Positions 42,824 through 51,341 of a stretch of 64,000 nt of DNA are shown here, one piece after another; positions within the stretch are counted from its first letter, which is position 1; each line of letters opens with the position of its first letter. This stretch comes from Thermoflexia bacterium. GTDB lineage: Bacteria; Chloroflexota; Anaerolineae; B4-G1; SLSP01. The notes beneath the pieces were generated by a model. The model saw nothing but the letters and a program-made list of their open reading frames with translations. It searched no databases and was not told the DNA's origin. The translations under genes and the position numbers were made by a program. The stretch is from the NCBI GenBank assembly GCA_011192175.1, contig DUEJ01000002.1:26-64025 (forward strand). Direction: 5' to 3'.

Positions 42824-43549
42824 CTAGCTCTTCTCCAACGGGCGTTTGGAAGGCATCCCGGGACGCCGGGGATATTTCTCCGGCGTGGCTGCCTTTTTGT
42901 CCAAAACCACCAGATAGCGTCGCTCCACCAGGCCGCGCATCTCTACCGGCACCAGTTGTTGGACGCGCCCGCCCAAATAGACGATCGCCGCTTCGGCCAA
43001 CTGCACTTCAGCCGCGGCATCTTCGCCCTTCTGCGCCAGGACGCGCCCGCCAATCCGCGCCAGAGGCAACAGGTACTCCGCTAAAATCGTCATCTCCGCT
43101 ACCGCGCGCGCCATGACCCAATCATAGCGCTCGCGGTGCGCGGGGTCTTGACCCAACGTCTCCGCCCGCGCGTGCAAAACGGTGACGTTGGATAGCCCTA
43201 ACCGCTGCACTAGATGTTCCAGGAAGTGCGTTTTCTTGCGGGTCGCTTCCACCAACGTCAATTTGATTCCCGGGCGCAGCACCTTGAGCGGAATACCGGG
43301 GAAGCCGGCCCCGGTGCCCACATCAATGAGCGATTGAGAGGTCAACCTTCTCTGCGTCTCCAGAGCCAGCAGACAAGTAACTGAGTCCAAGAAATGCCGC
43401 ACTTGCGCGCCCTTGTAGTCGGTGATGGCGGTCAGGTTGAATTTCTCGTTCCAGCTGACGAGTTCCTCGTAATAGATGCGGAAGGCCGCTAGATGCGCTG
43501 GCTCCAGTGCAATCTGCAAATCCCTAGCGCCGGCGGTCAGTAAATCCAT
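42824..43549 (-). CDS. rsmG: 16S rRNA (guanine527-N7)-methyltransferase
   Basis: DVGTGAGFPGIPLKV. ATG 43549 is preceded by AAGGAG. Confidence 0.9.
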   Translation of the reverse strand: MDLLTAGARDLQIALEPAHLAAFRIYYEELVSWNEKFNLTAITDYKGAQVRHFLDSVTCLLALETQRRLTSQSLIDVGTGAGFPGIPLKVLRPGIKLTLVEATRKKTHFLEHLVQRLGLSNVTVLHARAETLGQDPAHRERYDWVMARAVAEMTILAEYLLPLARIGGRVLAQKGEDAAAEVQLAEAAIVYLGGRVQQLVPVEMRGLVERRYLVVLDKKAATPEKYPRRPGMPSKRPLEKS

Positions 43550-43635
43550 ATAAACTCCTTCTAAAAATGGCAAATAGCCAATCTGCTCAAGCTGCTGAAT
43601 AATTATTCAAAAATCTGCGTAGCCTGTGGATCAGG

Positions 43636-45210
43636 CTAGCTCTCCAATCCTAACGCAGAGGGGATAATCGGATCGAGGGCCGGGAATTTAGCCAGCCACG
43701 CGCGCCGATCCTCTTTCAACACCTGGGTCAACGCCGCGTATTCTTCCGGCGTGTAGTAACGATGCGGATTCAAGCGTTCCGCGTAATCTGGCACCCCCGT
43801 TACCTCCACAGCGACCTCATAACCCCAATCGGGATCGCGTTCCCAGCGGATACCGCCTTTAGCCAGTTGCTTGATAATCTCCGTGGAATCTAACACGCTG
43901 ACCTTTGCGCCCACTCTCTCTCCATTTACGGCGATGCGCTCCTGGCGGTTTACATCGCGGGCGCCAATCCGCCCCGTGTTGAGCAAAAAGACCTGCACCG
44001 CAGGGTTCTGGCGTAACAGCCGGAGAAAAGTATTGCCCTCCTCATCGTAAGAGCCGATGATAAAGGGGTTAGTGCCCACGCTATGCACCGCTTGGCCGGC
44101 TTTAGCCGGATCGCCCGCGGCCGTCTCGATGGATTCGCCTAACATGAAGAACGCCGCGCCCTGGGCTGGCGTCAACCGCGCCACCGCCGGCACGATATCC
44201 TCGCGCCGGGTGATAAAGACGATGATATCCGCACACGGCAGGTCAATGCTCGCGTCGGTGTACTCCATGTCCGCCCGGAAAACGATAGCGCGCCCGTTCC
44301 GTCCCAGCGTGTAGTTGAGGAACCCCGGCGCGCCATCCGGCTCGACCCAGACATTCTCCAGCATCGCCCGTGGGGAGGTCGCCGCGCCGTACAACAACGG
44401 CTGGCTCTCCTCATCCAAGCCCTCCGTCTTGATAAAGAAGTTATCTTCGGTGCCGTAGCAGTACGCATCAGAGCGCATCAGCACCACATCATCCTGTCGA
44501 ATGGCGACGCTCTCTGCACCCGCCAAGAAATGGTGATGGCAAGTCAGCGTCGTCTTGCCGGTGCCGCTCAAGCCAAAAAAGATCGCCCCCTTCTCCACCA
44601 GCTCGCCCTGCTGATCCCGCACGCGGAGCACCTTGGAACCGGCGTGCAGTCCCAAACCATCATGCTCCTTCATCCAATACATCGCCAGCCGGAGGAAAGA
44701 TTTCTTGACCTCGCCCGCATAATCGCTCCCCAGCGCGTAGGTGGTATACGTGGTCGGATCGACTAAGATGCGGCGTTCCATAAATTTATCGCGCCATTGG
44801 GGGATCATAACCGTGGTGATGTCGGCACGTTCACGCTCAGCGTACTCCGGCGGCGCGTCAAAGAGCGATTGCCCCCACATAAAAGCGAGCCGGGCGTTTT
44901 CGATGGGGAGGTAGAGCCGGCAATGCAGCCGTAGGTCAGGATTATTGCCCAGTACCCGGTCAAGTTGGATGAGGCGCATAGTGCGCAAGGAAGCCTGCGC
45001 TTCTGCCAACCACCGGCGTTGCTCGGCATCTGGTTCGGCGAAGAGAATATCGGTGAATTTGGCAGAGCGGCTGCGGATCCGCGTGATGTAACGCGCCGAG
45101 CCGAACTTGGTAGTCGTTTCCCCCACCTTAGCCCAGGCACGCAACTGTTCCCAGGAAGGATTTTTGATGATTTCCAATGCTGCAATCGGACGAGTGAAAA
45201 TTTCAGACAT
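43636..45210 (-). CDS. pckA: phosphoenolpyruvate carboxykinase (ATP)
   Basis: FFGLSGTGKTTL kinase-1a motif; 524 aa. Confidence 0.9.
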   Translation of the reverse strand: MSEIFTRPIAALEIIKNPSWEQLRAWAKVGETTTKFGSARYITRIRSRSAKFTDILFAEPDAEQRRWLAEAQASLRTMRLIQLDRVLGNNPDLRLHCRLYLPIENARLAFMWGQSLFDAPPEYAERERADITTVMIPQWRDKFMERRILVDPTTYTTYALGSDYAGEVKKSFLRLAMYWMKEHDGLGLHAGSKVLRVRDQQGELVEKGAIFFGLSGTGKTTLTCHHHFLAGAESVAIRQDDVVLMRSDAYCYGTEDNFFIKTEGLDEESQPLLYGAATSPRAMLENVWVEPDGAPGFLNYTLGRNGRAIVFRADMEYTDASIDLPCADIIVFITRREDIVPAVARLTPAQGAAFFMLGESIETAAGDPAKAGQAVHSVGTNPFIIGSYDEEGNTFLRLLRQNPAVQVFLLNTGRIGARDVNRQERIAVNGERVGAKVSVLDSTEIIKQLAKGGIRWERDPDWGYEVAVEVTGVPDYAERLNPHRYYTPEEYAALTQVLKEDRRAWLAKFPALDPIIPSALGLES

Positions 45211-45231
45211 AATTAGCTCCTTTGTGTGGTT

Positions 45232-45287
45232 GTTAACTGGTTAGCTATTAGTCGTTAGTGGTTAGTTAAAAGTCGAAAGTTGAAAGT
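45232..45287. repeat. 7-nt periodic array (NNTTAGT / NNAAAGT)x8
   Basis: Reads gttaact ggttagc tattagt cgttagt ggttagt taaaagt cgaaagt tgaaagt. Confidence 0.8.
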
Positions 45288-45601
45288 TCTCCGTGATTGG
45301 CGGAGCGCAGGGAGTGCGTGCAAGATTCCTCGCTGAGCAGGTTGCCCTCCGTGTTTTCCAGGGCTTGCGCGCCGAGCGGTGCCAGCGTGCGCAGAATCTC
45401 CCGGCGGGTAGCGCGGGTCACAGTATCAACGTTCGAGAAGAAATCCAGCTCTATCGAGCGCCGGTGGCCGAGGCGCAAAGCCAACGCTGTACCGCCGGCC
45501 AGATAGAAGCGCTCCGTAAAAGCACATTGGCCAATGAAATGTAGCAACTCACGCAGTTCTGGTGTGATCGCTTCCCAATGGATGGGACTCAATAGGGCCA
45601 T
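45266..45601 (-). pseudogene. truncated AbiEii/AbiGii-type nucleotidyltransferase toxin (N-terminal ~100 aa only)
   Basis: Begins at internal ATG 45601 (MALLSPIHWEAI...). FYLAGGTALALRLGHRRSIELDFF is the family N-terminal motif. Only 111 codons remain, and the last codons (GELSTFDF) are encoded by the 7-nt array. Confidence 0.55.
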
Positions 45602-45900
45602 ATCCGTTGCTCCTCGCTGCGTGGGTGGGGCGCGCGCGGCAGATCCAGGAGCACGCACCAGAGGGTGTAACGTCGCCAGGGGAGTCGCCGTAGTCCATCG
45701 CGTTTCACCCAGGCGCGGATGCGCTCGCGCCGGTAGCGCTGCCAGAGCCACCGTAACGCGCGCCGGTCACCATAAGCCAACGTGCGTTCTATGATCAGAT
45801 CGCTATGCTCTTCTGGATCAAGTCGCTCTAGATCGTATTCTTGGAAACACGGCGCTAGCCGGCGTGGAATCTCGGCGGCCGTGGTCGTTTCACATTCCAT
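45589..45900 (-). CDS. small protein upstream of the AbiEii-like gene (putative antitoxin-like partner)
   Basis: 103 aa: FQEYDLERLDPEEHSDLIIERTLAYGDRRALRWLW. 13-nt overlap with the downstream toxin-like ORF. Confidence 0.5.
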   Translation of the reverse strand: MECETTTAAEIPRRLAPCFQEYDLERLDPEEHSDLIIERTLAYGDRRALRWLWQRYRRERIRAWVKRDGLRRLPWRRYTLWCVLLDLPRAPHPRSEEQRIWPY

Positions 45901-45920
45901 CTAATTTCACTTCCCCCCAC

Positions 45921-45961
45921 TACCTACTCGCTTACTCGCTCTCTCGCTTATTCGCTTCCTC
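45921..45961. repeat. 8-nt periodic array (CTCGCTNN-type) x5
   Basis: Reads tacctact cgcttact cgctctct cgcttatt cgcttcct. It supplies the C-terminus (ANKRESE) and stop codon of the GT2 gene. Confidence 0.8.
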
Positions 45962-46681
45962 ATAGATCCCGGCGCGCAGATTACGCCGCACGCGCCACAC
46001 TTCCCGAATCATGCGGAGGGAATCCTGGATGGGATTGACCCGGCTCCCCTCGCCGTAGTACCAGGGGATGCCAACTTCTATGATTTGACGGCCGCGTTGC
46101 TGCGCCAGTGCCAGGATTTCCACGTCAAAGGCCCAGCCGTCGATGGTTTGCAGGGCGAAGAGTTCTTGTGCCACCTCCCGCCGCAACGACTTGAAACCGC
46201 ATTGAGTATCCTGGATTCGCGGTACGGCCAGCACGCGCACCACCAGGTTGAAGACGCGGCCCATGATATGACGATACCAGGGTTCATGGTAACGCTGCGC
46301 GCCGGCCGCTTCGCGGGAACCGATGGCGATATCGTAATCGCCCCCCAACGTCTCCGGGAAGAAACGCGGCAGCTCCTCGATGGGCATAGCCAGATCGGCG
46401 TCGCAGATAAAGACGTAGCGGCCCGTTGCGGCCAAAATCCCCTGGCGGACGGCGGCGCCTTTGCCGGGGAGCGGTTGTTCCAACACGCGCAGGCGCGGGT
46501 AGAGCGCGGCGAGCTCGCGCGCCACCGCGCCGGTATGGTCTTGGCTATTGTTGTTCACTACAAGCACATCCAACGTCTCAGTGCAGGTCGCGACGAAGTT
46601 CATCACTCTAGGGAGGGTTTGGGGCAGACGATGAGCTTCGTTATAGGCTGGAATAATAATGGTCATCAAAGATGCGTTCAT
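45932..46681 (-). CDS. GT2 polyprenyl/dolichyl-phosphate beta-glycosyltransferase
   Basis: IIIPAYNEAHRLPQTL, VVNNNSQDHT, ICDADLAMP. Confidence 0.85.
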   Translation of the reverse strand: MNASLMTIIIPAYNEAHRLPQTLPRVMNFVATCTETLDVLVVNNNSQDHTGAVARELAALYPRLRVLEQPLPGKGAAVRQGILAATGRYVFICDADLAMPIEELPRFFPETLGGDYDIAIGSREAAGAQRYHEPWYRHIMGRVFNLVVRVLAVPRIQDTQCGFKSLRREVAQELFALQTIDGWAFDVEILALAQQRGRQIIEVGIPWYYGEGSRVNPIQDSLRMIREVWRVRRNLRAGIYEEANKRESE

Positions 46682-46694
46682 ATAACCTCTAAAT

Positions 46695-46750
46695 TAGGTA
46701 ATTAGTTTAGTAGTCGAGTAGTCAGGGAGTTGTTCGTTGGAACTGTTCAA
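46695..46750. repeat. 8-nt periodic array (TAGTNNNG-type) x7
   Basis: Reads taggtaat tagtttag tagtcgag tagtcagg gagttgtt cgttggaa ctgttcaa. Confidence 0.7.
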
Positions 46751-46768
46751 CTGCTTGCCTTTTCCTTC

Positions 46769-47581
46769 TTACTCCGCACTACTCCCTAGCTGCTCCCAGT
46801 CTACCACGTTTCGATTTTTGAAGCGCGCTAAACGGGTGAAACCGGCGGCTTGCGCCAGCTCCCGAGCACGGGCGAAATGTTGCCCCACTTGTTCGGGGCG
46901 ATGGGCATCTGAACCTAATACCAGAATCTCCCCGCCTAACTCACGATACCAGCGCAAGATGGTCAATCCAGGAGCGGGCTCCGCTAAATCCATGCTCCAG
47001 GGTGAAGTGTTGATCTCCAGACCTTTGCCCCGCGCGATGACGGCTTTAAGCACTTGGTGGATGAGTGATTTATACGGCGCAATCGGCAAAGTGCGGCCGC
47101 ACAACGTCCAGGCATCGCGCTGCACCAAGTCGAAGTGGGCCAAAACGTCATACTCGCCTTCCTCGGCTAAGAGCACCAGCTCCTCGAAATAGCGTTGATA
47201 AGCCAACTCAAGACCTTCCGCAAACGCCACCGTTTCCCAGCCCGGCAGCCCGGCGGCCCAATGAATGGAACCCAAGATGTAATCCCAGGGCCAAGCCGCC
47301 AACAGCGCGCGCGCCTGCGGAAGAAAACGGTGCGAGCTGCCCATCTCCAAGCCGGCCAAGAGTTGGATTTGCTGGCCATATTTAGCCCGCACTTCCCGCA
47401 GTTCCGCAAAATAACGCTCTGGCGCCAGATACCCAGTCGCGCCATCTTCCTCGTACCACTCCAGATGATCGGTAAAGGCCATCCCCCGTAACCCGGCGCG
47501 CAACGCCGCCGCGACCATCGCCGCCATTGGCGGCTCGGCATCGGGGGAATGCCAGGTGTGAACGTGGTAATCAAAGTTCAT
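46769..47581 (-). CDS. PHP-domain histidinol-phosphatase-family (HisJ-like) hydrolase
   Basis: N-terminal DYHVHTWHSPDA, later FTDH and GSDAH. Confidence 0.8.
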   Translation of the reverse strand: MNFDYHVHTWHSPDAEPPMAAMVAAALRAGLRGMAFTDHLEWYEEDGATGYLAPERYFAELREVRAKYGQQIQLLAGLEMGSSHRFLPQARALLAAWPWDYILGSIHWAAGLPGWETVAFAEGLELAYQRYFEELVLLAEEGEYDVLAHFDLVQRDAWTLCGRTLPIAPYKSLIHQVLKAVIARGKGLEINTSPWSMDLAEPAPGLTILRWYRELGGEILVLGSDAHRPEQVGQHFARARELAQAAGFTRLARFKNRNVVDWEQLGSSAE

Positions 47582-48534
47582 AGCTTCGGGAGCTCTTCTG
47601 GCGGTTTACTGAAGAGATCACGTGGCGCCTGCGGCGGCACCAATAAACGGAGTGCTCCTGGCGCCAGAGAGATGGTAGCCGGGGTTTCCAGACAAGGTTC
47701 GCCATCCAACTGCATGACGACGGTGGGGGTAGTCACAATGTGCATTTGGCGCGCCAGTATCTGGATAACCGCCGGGTCTTGTAAATGCCGGCCACTGAAG
47801 ATATGAAAGAGGTGCCGAAATATGTATCCCAGTCCCAAACCCTTGAAGATGAAGATATCTAACATCCCATCGTCCATGTAAGCGTGGCGGGCCATGTTGA
47901 AGGCGGCGTAGTGCTGGATATTGCTCACCACTATCAATACCGTGCGCGTGTTAAAAGTGCGATTTTCTACCGTGATGCGCGTCTTCACCCCGCGAAAGTC
48001 CGTGGCTACCGTAGCCACCGCCAGCGCGTAGGGCAAGATGCGCAAGAATTTGATGTATTTGGGGCGCGGTTCCATCCGTGAGGTGACTTCAGCGTCCAAG
48101 CCAATCCCGGCCCAGGAGAGGAAATAGCGGTCTTGCACCTGTCCCACGTCCACGCGCTGATAGCGGCTGCTTATCAGCGCGTCCTCCACCTCAAGATTTG
48201 TGAACGGTAAAGACATTGAGAGTCCCGGCATCCGCATCTGGCGTGCCAAGATATTTCCGGTGCCCACAGGAATGATCCCTAACGCGGTCTCCGTTCCTAC
48301 CAGGCCATTGACTGCCTCATTGATAGTCCCATCGCCGCCGGCGACCAAGACCAATTTGAATCCAGCTTCCCGCGCCTGCCGTGCCAACTCAGTCGCATCA
48401 CCAATCTGCTGAGTCTCCACTATTTCTGTCGTCCAACCATGGTTGCCAAGGTTAGTCGCCAACTGCTTCAGTCGGCGACGCTTATCCCAAGGCCCAGCAG
48501 TAGGATTGTGGATCAGGAGTGTTCGATAGCTCAT
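47578..48534 (-). CDS. diacylglycerol-kinase-family lipid kinase (YegS/DagK-like)
   Basis: LIHNPTAG..., VAGGDGTINE, IPVGTGN. 4-nt overlap with the PHP gene. Confidence 0.85.
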   Translation of the reverse strand: MSYRTLLIHNPTAGPWDKRRRLKQLATNLGNHGWTTEIVETQQIGDATELARQAREAGFKLVLVAGGDGTINEAVNGLVGTETALGIIPVGTGNILARQMRMPGLSMSLPFTNLEVEDALISSRYQRVDVGQVQDRYFLSWAGIGLDAEVTSRMEPRPKYIKFLRILPYALAVATVATDFRGVKTRITVENRTFNTRTVLIVVSNIQHYAAFNMARHAYMDDGMLDIFIFKGLGLGYIFRHLFHIFSGRHLQDPAVIQILARQMHIVTTPTVVMQLDGEPCLETPATISLAPGALRLLVPPQAPRDLFSKPPEELPKL

Positions 48535-48580
48535 ACGCCTCCGCAGATTTTATTAAGCTCGAACAGAGTATAACATAGGA

Positions 48581-48612
48581 GAGCGAGGAAGCGAGGAGAG
48601 CGAGGGAGCGGG
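48581..48612. repeat. 8-nt periodic array (GAGCGAGG-type) x4
   Basis: Reads gagcgagg aagcgagg agagcgag ggagcggg. Confidence 0.8.
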
Positions 48613-48717
48613 AATTAGTGACGCGGGATTGGGGAAGCGGCTGGGCGGCTTAGTGTCTCAGCGGTTAAGTAACTCAACTAGCTTCCTTGATAGGACCCGC
48701 ACTCAGTATGACAAACA

Positions 48718-48753
48718 ATCGCCTTCTCGCCTTCTCGCTTACTCGCTTTATCG
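48718..48753. repeat. 8-nt periodic array, opposite orientation (CTCGCCTT-type) x4
   Basis: Reads atcgcctt ctcgcctt ctcgctta ctcgcttt. It is roughly complementary to 48581-48612. Confidence 0.8.
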
Positions 48754-48759
48754 TACTGG

Positions 48760-48787
48760 TTGACAATTTTCGGCGGGACGCTATAAT
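48760..48787 (+). promoter_or_regulatory. promoter TTGACA-16-TATAAT of the rplU-rpmA-rpmE operon
   Basis: Perfect hexamers read directly. Confidence 0.6.
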
Positions 48788-48791
48788 CGCA

Positions 48792-48822
48792 AAGAAGCCG
48801 AACCCTTACGGTTCGGTTTCTT
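48792..48822 (+). promoter_or_regulatory. 5'-leader hairpin of rplU (possible autoregulatory/attenuator structure)
   Basis: aagaagccgaacc / ggttcggtttctt forms a 13-bp stem (one G-U) with a 5-nt loop. It starts a few nt after the -10 and is followed by a U-rich stretch. Confidence 0.4.
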
Positions 48823-48848
48823 ATTGTGTATCTTGGGGAGGCGGTATC

Positions 48849-49172
48849 GTGTACGCAGTCGTAAAATCAGGCACGCATCAATACAAAGCAAAAATTAATC
48901 ATGATCTCATTGTGGAAAAACTCTCTGGTCCAGTGGGTACACAAGTAGAGATTAATGAGGTTTATCTGATCGCTGATGGAGAGGAAATTTTGGTTGGCCA
49001 ACCCACCGTATCGGGGGCTAAGGTCCACGCGACCATTATGGAAGAAGTACCCGGCCCCAAAATCAGAATCCTAAAACATCACGCTCGTAAAAATTACCGG
49101 CGGCGCAAAGGACATCGGCAGACCTATATGCGTCTGCGCGTTGATGAGATCGTGAAGGGAACGGAGGCGTAG
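48849..49172 (+). CDS. rplU: 50S ribosomal protein L21
   Basis: GTG 48849 follows GGAGG. Translation reads (M)[13 protein letters not shown]...[18 protein letters not shown]. Confidence 0.9.
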   Translation: MYAVVKSGTHQYKAKINHDLIVEKLSGPVGTQVEINEVYLIADGEEILVGQPTVSGAKVHATIMEEVPGPKIRILKHHARKNYRRRKGHRQTYMRLRVDEIVKGTEA

Positions 49173-49430
49173 ATGGGACGCAAAAAAGCAACCGGCGTCA
49201 ATGGACGCGATAGCAATGCCAAACGCCGTGGTATTAAGAAATATGACGGGGAACGGGTGCGCACGGGGCATATCCTAGTCCGCCAGGTCGGAATGCGTAT
49301 TAAGCCTGGCCAGAACGTAGGCATGGGCAAAGATTACACGCTCTTTGCATTATCTGATGGAACTGTCAAATATGATGTTACCCGCGGACGCAAGCGGGTG
49401 AACATCAAACTCGAAGGAGCGACCGTATGA
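49173..49430 (+). CDS. rpmA: 50S ribosomal protein L27
   Basis: [20 protein letters not shown]...[24 protein letters not shown]. Confidence 0.9.
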   Translation: MGRKKATGVNGRDSNAKRRGIKKYDGERVRTGHILVRQVGMRIKPGQNVGMGKDYTLFALSDGTVKYDVTRGRKRVNIKLEGATV

Positions 49431-49906
49431 AACCCAATATCCATCCTAAATGGTATCCAGCAGCCAAGGTCTCTTGTGCTTGCGGTAGCGAATGGACGGT
49501 TGGCGCTACTGAGCCAGAAATTCGCGTCAATATCTGCTCAAGTTGTCATCCGTTCTTCACTGGCGAGCAACGTATCGTAGATACTGAAGGTCAGGTTGAT
49601 CGCTTCATACGCCGGCTCAAGGCGCGTGAGGATATCCAACAAGAAACTCAACGCCGTGCAGCTGAGCTCACATCGCCGGAACTAGCTCTCACTGAATTAG
49701 GGTTAGGGACGCGCATAGAGAATCTGCTGGCAGGAGAAGGATTTAAGAAAGTCGGGGACGTTTTGGAATTGCTGCAGACAGCTGGCGAAGAGGGCCTGAC
49801 CGATATTCGCGGATTGGGACTGACATACTCGGCAAACTTGAAAAAGTCCCTGCGGGCCAGAGGTTATATCCTGCCAGACGATGAGCAGGCAGAAGAAAGC
49901 GCGTAA
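49427..49906 (+). CDS. rpmE: 50S ribosomal protein L31 (Zn-ribbon type) fused to an RNA-polymerase alpha-CTD-like helix-hairpin-helix domain
   Basis: The N-terminal ~70 aa are L31 ([11 protein letters not shown]...CACG...[13 protein letters not shown]). The C-terminal [29 protein letters not shown]...[21 protein letters not shown] matches the alpha-CTD HhH pattern. Confidence 0.85.
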   Translation: MKPNIHPKWYPAAKVSCACGSEWTVGATEPEIRVNICSSCHPFFTGEQRIVDTEGQVDRFIRRLKAREDIQQETQRRAAELTSPELALTELGLGTRIENLLAGEGFKKVGDVLELLQTAGEEGLTDIRGLGLTYSANLKKSLRARGYILPDDEQAEESA

Positions 49907-49917
49907 CCGCACCTACG

Positions 49918-49951
49918 CGGGGCAGGGAGATAATCCCTGCCCCGTTTTTTA
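49918..49951 (+). terminator. intrinsic terminator
   Basis: cggggcaggga / tccctgccccg forms an 11-bp stem with a 5-nt loop, followed by TTTTTT. Confidence 0.8.
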
Positions 49952-49993
49952 TTTCCCTCGCACAGCCCCCCTTTACTCCCAGGAGAACTATGT

Positions 49994-50632
49994 ATGTATG
50001 GTAAACCCAGTGGCGGTTGGCTAGAGGTCATCTGTGGCAGCATGTTCAGCGGTAAAACCGAGGAACTGATCCGCCGTCTGCGCCGCGCGCAAATCGCCCA
50101 CCTGAAGGTCCAGGTTTTTAAGCCGGCCCTTGACCGGCGTTACGGTAAGGACGCGATCGCTTCACATAACGGGTTACAAGCAGCCGCCATTCCGGTGCAG
50201 GATAGCGCGGAGTTGCGGCAATATCTTGATCCCACCGCCGACCTTATCGCCATTGATGAGGTGCAATTCTTCGATGCGGGGATCGTGACGGTGTGCAACG
50301 CGCTCACCGGTCAAGGCAAACGTGTCATCTGCGCCGGACTGGATATGGATTTTCGCGGTGAACCGTTCGGCCCGCTTCCTCAACTGCTGGCTATCGCGGA
50401 ACACGTGCGTAAGCTGCAAGCGATCTGCATGGTTTGTGGCGGCCCGGCCAGTCGCTCCCAGCGGCTGATCAATGGGATACCGGCAGCTTACAACGATCCT
50501 ATTGTGTTAGTAGGAGCCTCCGAGGTCTACGAGGCGCGCTGCAGAGGCTGCCATCGCGTTCCATCCCGCCAGGAGAACCTGGTAGATATCAAGCGCCAGC
50601 GGCCCAGAGGCATGCAACAGTCAATCAGTTAG
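49994..50632 (+). CDS. tdk: thymidine kinase
   Basis: [17 protein letters not shown] and a C-terminal Zn motif C..C....C..C. Confidence 0.9.
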   Translation: MYGKPSGGWLEVICGSMFSGKTEELIRRLRRAQIAHLKVQVFKPALDRRYGKDAIASHNGLQAAAIPVQDSAELRQYLDPTADLIAIDEVQFFDAGIVTVCNALTGQGKRVICAGLDMDFRGEPFGPLPQLLAIAEHVRKLQAICMVCGGPASRSQRLINGIPAAYNDPIVLVGASEVYEARCRGCHRVPSRQENLVDIKRQRPRGMQQSIS

Positions 50633-50670
50633 CCCCTTCTCACTATGTTACTCGCAACAGGAGATAAATT

Positions 50671-51222
50671 ATGTCAATGTACGATGATGTGGAGAAGATA
50701 CTTTATTCAAAAGAGAGCATCCAAAAACGTTTGCAGGCAGTCGCCAAGGAGATGAACGCGCTGTACAGCGACGCAGATCTCCCCTTGTTGATCTGCAATC
50801 TCAAGGGGGCTTTCATGTTCTTGGCTGATTTGGTGCGCTACCTGGATTTTCGGCACGAGCTTGATTTTATCGAAACTTCCAGTTACGGCGCGGGGACGGC
50901 CAGCAGCGGCGATGTGCGGTTTCTACTAGATGTGGGCGAAAGCATCACAGATCGCAACGTGATCATCGTTGAGGATATCGTAGATTCTGGCGTCACGTTG
51001 AGCTGTATCTTGGAGCGCTTCGAGGCGCGGCACGCGCGGAGTGTGCGCGTGGCGGCCCTGCTCAACAAACCTAGCCGGCGGGAGATTGAAGTACCGATAG
51101 ATTTTTGCGGCTTCGTGGTACCCAACGAGTTCGTCATTGGTTACGGGCTGGATTACGACCAACAATATCGTAACTTGCCCTTCATCGGAGTGCTCAAGCC
51201 AGCGGTGTACCAGGGTAGCTAG
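50671..51222 (+). CDS. hpt: hypoxanthine(-guanine) phosphoribosyltransferase
   Basis: PRPP motif VIIVEDIVDSGVTL. Confidence 0.9.
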   Translation: MSMYDDVEKILYSKESIQKRLQAVAKEMNALYSDADLPLLICNLKGAFMFLADLVRYLDFRHELDFIETSSYGAGTASSGDVRFLLDVGESITDRNVIIVEDIVDSGVTLSCILERFEARHARSVRVAALLNKPSRREIEVPIDFCGFVVPNEFVIGYGLDYDQQYRNLPFIGVLKPAVYQGS

Positions 51223-51289
51223 GGGGAACGTTCGCCCAGCCAATTGCTAGCTGGAAAGCCGGTGACCGGCATAGCGCTAGCGACGTCAT

Positions 51290-51318
51290 TTGAAGACCCT
51301 CTCAAGATGAGATATAAT
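51290..51318 (+). promoter_or_regulatory. promoter TTGAAG-17-TATAAT
   Basis: Read directly, 24 nt upstream of the sortase start. Confidence 0.5.
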
Positions 51319-51341
51319 GCCTCTTAGGGGGCAGCAGAAAA

